From positions 1-24,288 of IMG/VR virus record IMGVR_UViG_3300049142_000039: DNA of 24,288 nucleotides; one strand, written 5' to 3'. A model generated the notes under the pieces. That model had not been told where the DNA came from, did not search any database, and saw only the letters and a program-made list of their open reading frames with translations. Source of the DNA: a virus. Lineage: Duplodnaviria > Caudoviricetes. Below, one piece after another: positions 17,628 to 24,288 of this stretch (within the stretch, counting starts at the first letter, position 1; the number at the start of each line of letters is the position of its first letter). The position numbers and the translations under genes were made by a program.

Positions 17628-19292
17628 ATGGCCAGGTACAACACCCGCGTGACCCGCCCCGCCGTCCACTCGCCCGTGACCACCACTGGAGAGCAGACCC
17701 GCACCCACCAGGGCGGCGCCGGCTTCCTGCGAGACGAGAAGAGTGAGCTCTTCCTCCTGGCGGTCAGCAACTTCGTCGGCCAGGACACCTTCTACGAGCA
17801 CGGCGGCCAGCGAGACGACCGCTACACCCAGCTCGTCCGGCAGCTCGCCGTCGAGGATCCTGCGTGGATGCTCGACTTCCTCCGCTGGCTGCGTGGTGAT
17901 GCCAACATGCGCACCGCTTCCCTCGTCGGGGCCGCCGAGTTCGTGTGGGCGCGACTCGACGCCACGCGGAACGCCACGGCACCCACGGACGGAACGTTCG
18001 ACGCCGGCTTCAACCGCCGAGCCATCGACGCCGTCCTCCAGCGCGCCGACGAGCCGGGGGAGATGCTCGGCTACTGGACGAGCCGCTACGGCCGCAAGCT
18101 TCCGAAGCCGGTGAAGCGCGGCATCGCCGACGCCGTCCAGCGGCTGTACAACGAGCGCTCACTCCTCAAGTACGACACCGACTCCAAGGGCTACCGCTTC
18201 GGCGACGTCCTCAACCTCGTCCACGCCAGCCCCGACCCGGCCAAGCCGTGGCAGGGCGACCTGTTCAAACACGCCCTCGACCGCCGCCACGGCAACGCCG
18301 ACCAGTTTGAGCAGATCCCCGAGCACCTGACCGTCCTCCGCAAGCGCGCCAACCTGATGCGCATGGACATCGAGCACCGCCGCCTCTTCATCGAGGGCAA
18401 CGCGGAGCGTCTCGCGCAGGCGGGCATGACGTGGGAGGCGCTTGCCGGCTGGCTGCACGGCCCTATGGACAAGGCGGCTTGGGAGGCGATCATCCCGTCG
18501 ATGGTGCTGATGGCCCTGGCGAGGAACCTCAGGAACTTCGACGAGGCCGGCGTCTCCGACGAGGTCGCCGCGCAGATCTGTGCTCGGTTCGCCGACCCGG
18601 AGCAGGTGGCAAAGTCCCGCATGTTCCCGTTCCGCTGGTGGGCCGCCTACAAGCACGCCCCGTCCCTGCGATGGGCCCACGCGCTCGAGCAGGCCCTCGG
18701 CCACAGCCTCTCCAACGTGCCGCGCCTGAAGGGCACGACGCTGATCCTCGTGGACCGGTCGCCGTCGATGTTCCCCGGCTACCACTTCTCCACCCCGAAC
18801 AGCAGCGACATCACGCTCGCCGAGCAGGCCGCAGTCTTCGGTGCCGCCCTCGCCCTCCGCGCCGAGAAGCCCACCCTCGTCGAGTTCGGCGGCGGATCGA
18901 AGAAGCTCGACGTCGTCAAGGGCGGCAGCGTCCTCAAGCACATCGAAGCGTTCGGACGGATCGACGGCACCGACATCCCAGCCGCCGTCAAGGCCCACTG
19001 GTTCGCCCACGACCGCATCGTCATCGTCACCGACGAACAGACCCGACCCGGCTGGCTGCCCTCCAACATGTGGGGACACGGCGGCATGCGCGAGACCCCC
19101 ATCGAGAACCTCGTCCCCAAGGCCACGTCGGTCTACATGTGGAACATGGCCGGCTACAAGCCCGGCGCCATGCCCAGCGGGACGACCGGACGGCACACGT
19201 TTGGCGGCCTCACCGACCACGCCTTCCGCATGATCCCGCTCCTCGAGTCGGCTCACGACGCGGCATGGCCGTGGGAACAACCAGCCGCCTGA
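17628..19292 (+). CDS. rsr: Ro60/Rsr orthologue: TROVE domain plus vWA domain RNA-binding protein
   Basis: TROVE-type N-terminus (THQGGAGF...ELFLLAV...DTFYE, LRGDANMRT), MTWEAL, MALARNLRN, SRMFPFR; vWA MIDAS DRSPS, GTD, IVIVTD. Confidence 0.93.
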   Translation: MARYNTRVTRPAVHSPVTTTGEQTRTHQGGAGFLRDEKSELFLLAVSNFVGQDTFYEHGGQRDDRYTQLVRQLAVEDPAWMLDFLRWLRGDANMRTASLVGAAEFVWARLDATRNATAPTDGTFDAGFNRRAIDAVLQRADEPGEMLGYWTSRYGRKLPKPVKRGIADAVQRLYNERSLLKYDTDSKGYRFGDVLNLVHASPDPAKPWQGDLFKHALDRRHGNADQFEQIPEHLTVLRKRANLMRMDIEHRRLFIEGNAERLAQAGMTWEALAGWLHGPMDKAAWEAIIPSMVLMALARNLRNFDEAGVSDEVAAQICARFADPEQVAKSRMFPFRWWAAYKHAPSLRWAHALEQALGHSLSNVPRLKGTTLILVDRSPSMFPGYHFSTPNSSDITLAEQAAVFGAALALRAEKPTLVEFGGGSKKLDVVKGGSVLKHIEAFGRIDGTDIPAAVKAHWFAHDRIVIVTDEQTRPGWLPSNMWGHGGMRETPIENLVPKATSVYMWNMAGYKPGAMPSGTTGRHTFGGLTDHAFRMIPLLESAHDAAWPWEQPAA

Positions 19293-19305
19293 CCGGGACA
19301 CGGCT

Positions 19306-19345
19306 GCGCCCCCGCACCTCTGCTACAGCAGGGGAGTGGGGGCGC
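19306..19345. terminator. Terminator-like hairpin after the TROVE gene
   Basis: GCGCCCCCGC-A-CCTCTGCT-AC-AGCAGGGG-A-GTGGGGGCGC between convergent genes. Confidence 0.75.
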
Positions 19346-19360
19346 TTCGCTGTTCGGGCC

Positions 19361-19537
19361 CTACCGACCCATCTTGCTCAACTCGGCTGGTGAGAAGTCT
19401 TCACCGCACGTCGTGCACACCTTGTCCCCGGTCTGGGAGCTGAGGTAGTACTCCTTCTCCAGTCGCGGATGATCGCACGGGGGAGAGCCCTTGGCTTCCC
19501 ACTCCTTCTGAAGACGCGTCGCGTCGGCTGCCTGCAT
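19361..19537 (-). CDS. Small putative Zn-binding protein (58 aa)
   Basis: MQAADATRLQKEW...PCDHPRLEKEYYLSSQTGDKVCTTCGE: CxH...CxxC; TACCCT 6 nt before the ATG. Confidence 0.65.
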   Translation of the reverse strand: MQAADATRLQKEWEAKGSPPCDHPRLEKEYYLSSQTGDKVCTTCGEDFSPAELSKMGR

Positions 19538-19631
19538 GCCGGAAGGGTACGACGGTTCTCCAGCTGGCCCGGTCGCGGCCCTGCGGCCCTCACGCTGGAT
19601 GGGTGGCAAAGGAGTCGTAGGCTCGGACGCT

Positions 19632-19940
19632 ATGAGTGACGATCGGAACGATGTGGGCCCAATCCTTGATGCCATGCTCGCCGCGGCCCGCGAAGGGCTG
19701 GGAAGGTCCACCTGGCGGATCGGCGACCCGGACGAGAAGCTCCTCCTGCCCATCATCGGCGCACTGACCGTCCACCTGGGCAAAGAGCTCCGCATCACGG
19801 AAGAAGGTTGGGACGCCGCTCAGACCCGAAGGAAGGTGGCCGACGAGCTGCGGGCGGCGGCCCGCCGGCATCCGGCAGGGACGGCACGTCACCAAGCCTT
19901 CCTCGAAGCGGCGCAGATCGCCGAGGACGAACTCGCGTGA
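19632..19940 (+). CDS. Hypothetical protein (102 aa)
   Basis: MSDDRNDVGPILDAML...; TAGGCT 8 nt before the ATG; followed by a terminator. Confidence 0.55.
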   Translation: MSDDRNDVGPILDAMLAAAREGLGRSTWRIGDPDEKLLLPIIGALTVHLGKELRITEEGWDAAQTRRKVADELRAAARRHPAGTARHQAFLEAAQIAEDELA

Positions 19941-19944
19941 ACAG

Positions 19945-19986
19945 CAGCGCCCCGCACCCCGCTTCGGCGGCGGGTGCAGGGCGCTG
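19945..19986. terminator. Bidirectional terminator-like hairpin
   Basis: CAGCGCCC-C-GCACCC-CGC-TTCG-GCG-GC-GGGTGC-A-GGGCGCTG with a cUUCGg loop. Confidence 0.75.
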
Positions 19987-19992
19987 TCGTCG

Positions 19993-20271
19993 CCAGAAGG
20001 GAGCCGGTCCGCTGCCCAGGATGCGCACCACTCGCGGTCCGTTGGGGTTAGCGGTCCAGTCCGAGGTATCCGGCCGCACGAACTCGCCTGTGACGCCGTC
20101 GATCAGCAGGTGCCCGTCGGTGATGTTCAGTAGAGCCCGGAACAGCGTGACGTCGTGGAAGGTGAGAGTTCCGCGCCAGCTGCCGGACGAGTCCTTGGAG
20201 AGGTCGGCGTCCGCCTCGAACTTACGGCCATCCTCAGCGAGGAGAGTCGCCTTGCCCTTGTACGTGTTCAT
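19993..20271 (-). CDS. Hypothetical beta-rich protein (about 92 aa); probable stop codon reads TGG, so the ORF runs on to 19795
   Basis: MNTYKGKATLL...ILGSGPAPF, then TGG immediately before the terminator hairpin; TACCTT 6 nt before the ATG. Confidence 0.55.
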
Positions 20272-20452
20272 GGATCGAAGGTAGCCGTACCGTCAAGCAG
20301 GTCGCCGAAACGCCCCTGCGACGGCTCGGGTTGGGCCGCGGCGACTCTCGATAACATGCCGTATCGCGGGCCCTGCTCCTCTGGAGCGGGGCCCGTTGCT
20401 GTGCGGAGTGGCGTCTGCCAACTCCCCAAAACGCCAGCCGTTACCAGGGGTA

Positions 20453-20480
20453 GCCTCGTATAATTTCCCTTATACAAGCC
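20453..20480. promoter_or_regulatory. Tyrosine-recombinase core-like site overlapping a TATAAT box
   Basis: GCCTCGTATAA-TTTCCC-TTATACAAGCC: 11-6-11 architecture, arms 9/11 complementary; TATAAT at 20459-20464. Confidence 0.65.
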
Positions 20481-20496
20481 AATCAATGGAGGGTTG

Positions 20497-20742
20497 ATGA
20501 ACGCTCAAGACCTGCTCCCCGCCGCGCTGTACGACTTCCTTCGGGCGCGGCTTGCTGAGGACGACGTGCTGAGCGCCGCCGAACTCCACGCGAAGATGCG
20601 GATCATCCGCGCGTGGCCCGACCCGTTCGGTAACTGGACCGCAGACCAGGCCGACGCAGCCAAGGTCATGAAGGATCAGATCATTCGCGCGATGGCGTCG
20701 GTCTACTCCGAGCACCCCGACTACCGCAGCGAGTGGAAATGA
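20497..20742 (+). CDS. DUF6221-like small protein
   Basis: GGAGG RBS; DFLRARLAED...AKMRII...MASVYSEHPDYRSEW pattern. Confidence 0.7.
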   Translation: MNAQDLLPAALYDFLRARLAEDDVLSAAELHAKMRIIRAWPDPFGNWTADQADAAKVMKDQIIRAMASVYSEHPDYRSEWK

Positions 20743-21887
20743 CCGATCCCGACGAGGTGGTCGACGCCGAACTCGTCGACGGCGACCACCTCCCCGCCGC
20801 CGTCGACCCAGAGTCGCCCGCCCGACCGCTCGTGGACCGGCACACGATCCTCGTCCCCGGTGAGCCGCTGCCCACCGAAGCCGAACAGCCGACGTACACC
20901 GAACGTGACCTCTACGTCAGCAAGACCACCGCCGAGCGGCTCAAGAACAAGTCCAAGCCGAAGAACACGTCCCGCACCTACGACAACCAGCGCGACCTCT
21001 TCCGCCGCTGGTGCGAGAAGGAAGGCCGCGTACACCGGCCCTGCACCACCGCCACCTACGTCGAGTACGTCGCCACCCTCATCGAAGCGGGCCGCGCCCC
21101 CAACGCCATCAGCGTCGCCATGTCCGCCATCCGCACCTGGATGCCCGACGACAAGAAGCCCGGCACCCAAGAGGCCCGCGGCATGCTCAACGAGTACAAG
21201 AAGGAATGGAACAAGCGCGTCGGCGTGAAGAAGGCCCCCGCCATCACCGACGACATGATCCGCGCCATGGTGGCCACCTGCGACCCGAACCACCCCATCG
21301 GCATCCGCGACCGCGCCGTCCTCCTCCTCGGCCGCGGCGCACTCAACCGGCGCAGCGAACTCGCTGACCTCACAATCGGCAACGTCACCGTAGAGAGCGA
21401 CGGCGTCGCCCTCTGGTTCAACAGTTCCAAGACCGACCAAGAGGCCAAGGGCGAGGAGACGTTCATCCCCGCCTGGGACGACCCCGGCATCGATCCCGTC
21501 CACGCCACCCGCGCCTGGCTCGACACACTCCACCAGCTCGGCGTTCACGAAGGCGCCTTCCTCCGTGCGCTCACCCGGGAGGGCCGACTCCAGTCCCGCA
21601 TCCGCGCCACCGACCGCGGCGACCACGTCACTGGCGACGCCATCAACTACTGGGTACGCGAACGCGCCAAGCTCGCTGGGATCAAAGGCTGGGAGAAGAT
21701 CACCGCACACGGTCTACGGCGCGGCGGCGCCCAGGCCATCGCCGATGCTGGTGGCGATCCCACTGGCCAAGGGCGCTGGAAGGAGGGGTCCGCGGTCGTC
21801 AAGCGCGAGTACCTGGACCGCGCCTCCAGCCGGCGCGACAATCCGTGGCTCAAGCTCGCCAGGCCAGAGAAGGAAGAGACGCATTGA
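20739..21887 (+). CDS. Tyrosine recombinase, Cre-like (382 aa)
   Basis: ATGA coupling; catalytic set R (RRSEL), K (SKTDQ), HxxR (HGLRR), W (GRW), Y (REY); N-terminal core-binding helices (NTSRTY...FRRWC). Confidence 0.92.
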   Translation: MTDPDEVVDAELVDGDHLPAAVDPESPARPLVDRHTILVPGEPLPTEAEQPTYTERDLYVSKTTAERLKNKSKPKNTSRTYDNQRDLFRRWCEKEGRVHRPCTTATYVEYVATLIEAGRAPNAISVAMSAIRTWMPDDKKPGTQEARGMLNEYKKEWNKRVGVKKAPAITDDMIRAMVATCDPNHPIGIRDRAVLLLGRGALNRRSELADLTIGNVTVESDGVALWFNSSKTDQEAKGEETFIPAWDDPGIDPVHATRAWLDTLHQLGVHEGAFLRALTREGRLQSRIRATDRGDHVTGDAINYWVRERAKLAGIKGWEKITAHGLRRGGAQAIADAGGDPTGQGRWKEGSAVVKREYLDRASSRRDNPWLKLARPEKEETH

Positions 21888-22063
21888 GCGACGAGTCTCC
21901 GGAAGAGAAGCCGAAGGACTGGATGGAAATCTGGTACGAGACCGGCGACATCACCTGGCAGAAGCCGCTCTCGCCCGAGGCCAACGCGCGCATCCTGAGC
22001 TTGTACGACGACCTTCTGCGGCAACAGGCGGCCGACTCTGAGAGCGGCGATGACGAGAGCTGA
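21884..22063 (+). CDS. Small acidic hypothetical protein (59 aa)
   Basis: TTG start overlapping the recombinase TGA, purine-rich RBS; followed by a hairpin. Confidence 0.5.
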   Translation: MSDESPEEKPKDWMEIWYETGDITWQKPLSPEANARILSLYDDLLRQQAADSESGDDES

Positions 22064-22084
22064 CCGCTCCGTGCCACACTGGCC

Positions 22085-22122
22085 GCAGGCCCGCCTCGCA
22101 TCCCCCGTCGAGGCGGGCCTGC
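22085..22122. terminator. Terminator-like hairpin
   Basis: Perfect 14-bp stem GCAGGCCCGCCTCG/CGAGGCGGGCCTGC. Confidence 0.7.
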
Positions 22123-22141
22123 TGCGTGCTAGGGAACGCAC

Positions 22142-22162
22142 GTCAGTGCCGTGCCGTACTCT
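22142..22162 (+). promoter_or_regulatory. RecA-NDp/PafBC-type promoter motif
   Basis: GTCAGTG-N8-TACTCT matches (T)GTCRGTG-N8-TAnnnT. Confidence 0.5.
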
Positions 22163-22225
22163 CTGGTGTAGGCGCGGGGCCTAACGCGGTCGGGGTTGCG
22201 ACCGCTTGAGAGTCCAGGAGGACTC

Positions 22226-22564
22226 ATGGCCCTCGGCCGCGTCAACGCCGCCAAGTTCATCGCCCGTCTGTTGCCGGAGCCGCACGAGACGGATCTCGGC
22301 GGCGAGCCTGCTCATCACCTGCTGGCCACCGTGCACGCGGATATCGTCTGCCCGCCGTCGGGGCACTGGATCAGCTGGGACGACTGCTACGCCAGCGCCG
22401 ACATCCTGCCACTGCCCCACAAGGCCGACCTGCTACTGGAACCGAACGGCGCACCGCGACCGCTGCCGGATCATCTGACCGGCGAGGCTCGCGACCGTGC
22501 GGTGGAGGCCGGCCGGAAGGCGGCGTGGATTCGCCGCGAGGCTCACCGCCGCGGTCTCTGCTGA
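22226..22564 (+). CDS. Hypothetical protein (112 aa)
   Basis: AGGAGG RBS at 22216-22221 before ATG 22226; high GC3. Confidence 0.65.
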   Translation: MALGRVNAAKFIARLLPEPHETDLGGEPAHHLLATVHADIVCPPSGHWISWDDCYASADILPLPHKADLLLEPNGAPRPLPDHLTGEARDRAVEAGRKAAWIRREAHRRGLC

Positions 22565-22575
22565 GGTTGTGGATG

Positions 22576-22613
22576 TGCCAGAACCACAAATTCACGGCGT
22601 TGTGGTTCTGGCA
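22576..22613. repeat. Perfect 14-bp inverted repeat (terminator or binding site)
   Basis: TGCCAGAACCACAA-N10-TTGTGGTTCTGGCA. Confidence 0.7.
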
Positions 22614-22764
22614 TCCTGGAGTCGGTCACGCTCGTCTGCTCGCGGGAAACCGGGGCGCCCGAGATTGTGTCGGTTCATAGCCGGGCGGGCCGTTGGCAGT
22701 GCAGCCCCTGCGGGCTGTCCGATCGGCTGCCGCGCACCGGGCTAGCTACCCGGCGCACCACCTC

Positions 22765-22793
22765 CGCCCCTCAGCCATCGTTGCTGAGGGGCG
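22765..22793 (-). terminator. Terminator-like hairpin downstream of the minus-strand gene
   Basis: 11-bp stem CGCCCCTCAGC/GCTGAGGGGCG, 7 nt after the stop at 22801. Confidence 0.7.
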
Positions 22794-22800
22794 TCGTGCG

Positions 22801-22986
22801 TTATGCCTTCGCTGTCGGCAGTTCGCCGGGCTTCATCGGGACCATCTCTATGTCGGTCGCCCTAGCTGCCTCGAGCTCGTCTCGTCGCCGGTCGGCGGAG
22901 ACCTGGTCGTAGGCGACGGCGGAGGTGCGCGGGGTGCCGTCGGGGTCGGTCCAGGTGAAGCCGTAGCTCTGCATGCGGGTCGTCAT
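22801..22986 (-). CDS. Small hypothetical protein (61 aa)
   Basis: MTTRMQSYGFTWTDPDGTPR...; high GC3; own promoter-like motif and terminator. Confidence 0.65.
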   Translation of the reverse strand: MTTRMQSYGFTWTDPDGTPRTSAVAYDQVSADRRRDELEAARATDIEMVPMKPGELPTAKA

Positions 22987-23086
22987 GGGGGCATTCTGGC
23001 TGGTGGCACTGGCAGTGATGGTCCGTGACGGAGCCCACTAGACTCGTCGTCTCTTGTGACAACACCTGGGCAGAGGCGGAGCCGAC

Positions 23087-23563
23087 GTGAGCGTCAAGAT
23101 GACGGAAGAGTTCGCTTCGGCGATGGTCACGGTCATCCCCGTGATCTTGCTTGTGGCCGTCGTGGAGTTCAATGAAGGTGAGAAGCGTGCGGCTGAGGCT
23201 GCGCGCAGTCTGGCATTAGAAGCGCAGGCGTCTGGTGTCGAAGCTGGTCGAGTGGTGCGGAAGGTTATGAACTCCCGCGTTCTGAGGAGGATCAAGAACG
23301 TCCAATCTGCTTGGTACGCGGTTCTCACCTTCCATGTTCTCGCGGAGGGGTATCTCATCCTCTGGCTGGCTGACGATCACCGTCCAGCTTCCCCTGGGTA
23401 CGCATGGTTCGTGGTGCTTACGGCGTGCGCAGGGTTCCTTATGACGTTGGCGTCCGTCGTGCTGACGAGGGCGGCGAGAGGGAGCGAGACGTACCGCTAC
23501 CTGCGTGGTCTCCATACTCAGATGCTTGCCGAGGAGGAGTCCGGCGCGGACGATGTGCAGTGA
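23087..23563 (+). CDS. Hypothetical membrane protein (about 3 TM), atypical codon usage
   Basis: Three hydrophobic segments; many A/T-ending codons compared with neighbours. Confidence 0.6.
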   Translation: MSVKMTEEFASAMVTVIPVILLVAVVEFNEGEKRAAEAARSLALEAQASGVEAGRVVRKVMNSRVLRRIKNVQSAWYAVLTFHVLAEGYLILWLADDHRPASPGYAWFVVLTACAGFLMTLASVVLTRAARGSETYRYLRGLHTQMLAEEESGADDVQ

Positions 23564-23616
23564 CTTGAGTCTCTGCATAGTCTGGTGGCGCTCGGGGCTG
23601 TCACGGAGGTACCCCC

Positions 23617-24288
23617 ATGCCCCGCACTGTGTGGTCCGGCGCCATCAGCTTCGGCCTGGTCACCGTCCCCATCCACGTCGTGTCCGCCACCGAGGACCAC
23701 TCGATTCGCTTCCACCGCGTGCACCTGCCCGACATGGCCCGTGTCCGGACCCGGAAGGTGTGCGAGCTCGAGGACCGCGAGGTGTCGACCTCGGAGATCG
23801 GCAAGGGCTACGAGCTGTCCACCGCGCAGATCGTCCCCATCAGTGACGAGGAGCTGCGGGACCTGCCGCTGCCGACGGCGAAGGCCATCGAGATCGTCGC
23901 GTTCGTGCCGCTGGCATCGGTCGATCCGATCCGTATCGGCGACGGCTACTACCTGCAGCCCGACGGGCAGGTCGCGGCGAAGCCGTACAAGCTGCTGCGC
24001 CAGGCGCTGGAGCGCAGCAGCCGGGTGGCCGTCGCGAAGTATGCCTGGTCTGGTCGCGAGCGGCTGGGCCTGCTGCGGGTGCGGGAGGACGCGATCGTCC
24101 TGCACGCCATGCGCTGGCCCGACGAGATCCGCGACCCGTCCTCGCTGACCCCGCCACCGGTCGAGGTCTCCGACGAGGAGATCGACCGGGCCCTCGCCCT
24201 CATGGACACCATGACCCGCGATGACCTCGACGGCCCAGAGTTCCGCGACACCTACACCGCGGCCGTCGCCAAGCTCAGCGAGGCGAAG
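23617..24288 (+). CDS. ku: Ku (NHEJ DNA end-binding) protein, 3'-truncated by the window; absent from the ORF track
   Basis: GGAGG RBS + ATG 23617; MPRTVWSGAISFGLVTVPIHVVSATEDHSIRFHRVH...IGKGYE...YYLQP...KPYKLLRQAL...MRWPDEIR, the prokaryotic Ku signature. Confidence 0.95.
   Translation, partial: MPRTVWSGAISFGLVTVPIHVVSATEDHSIRFHRVHLPDMARVRTRKVCELEDREVSTSEIGKGYELSTAQIVPISDEELRDLPLPTAKAIEIVAFVPLASVDPIRIGDGYYLQPDGQVAAKPYKLLRQALERSSRVAVAKYAWSGRERLGLLRVREDAIVLHAMRWPDEIRDPSSLTPPPVEVSDEEIDRALALMDTMTRDDLDGPEFRDTYTAAVAKLSEAK

Larger units (their letters stand above)
1..24288. mobile_element. Prophage/temperate siphovirus segment (head-tail-lysis module plus accessory arm); both ends lie outside the window
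   Basis: Canonical siphovirus order capsid > head-tail joining > tail tube > frameshifted chaperone > tape measure > minor tails > amidase > holin. Membership of 16561-24288 in the phage is inferred from contiguity and cassette-like small genes. Confidence 0.9.

Noticed and set aside
20739-21887. Assignment as the prophage integrase with a nearby att site
   Set aside because: No att duplication is identifiable in the window and phage-like cargo continues on both sides; cannot be fully excluded.
23518-24251. ORF-track calls over the Ku region
   Set aside because: All are alternative frames of the Ku gene starting at 23617.

Overview
High-GC actinobacterial (Streptomyces-like, by inference) siphovirus-type prophage segment. 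1-16503 is a co-oriented virion and lysis operon: 3' part of the major capsid gene, a GT4 glycosyltransferase coupled to it, head-tail joining genes, tail tube, a -1 frameshifted tail chaperone, tape measure, minor tail proteins, amidase endolysin, holin and accessory membrane genes. Two small deletions break the tail terminator and tape measure frames. 16561-24288 is an accessory arm of hairpin-delimited cassettes: an MmpS-like membrane protein, a Ro60/TROVE gene, small hypotheticals, a Cre-like tyrosine recombinase with upstream core-like sites, and a Ku gene running off the window. The most striking element is the non-coding region before the TROVE gene. It holds two related Y RNA-like units with a shared scaffold, each presenting a different tRNA anticodon-type loop (Pro-UGG, Ser-GCU), and the second is a complete circularly permuted tRNA. 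All calls come from reading the sequence and recognising motifs; no searches were run.
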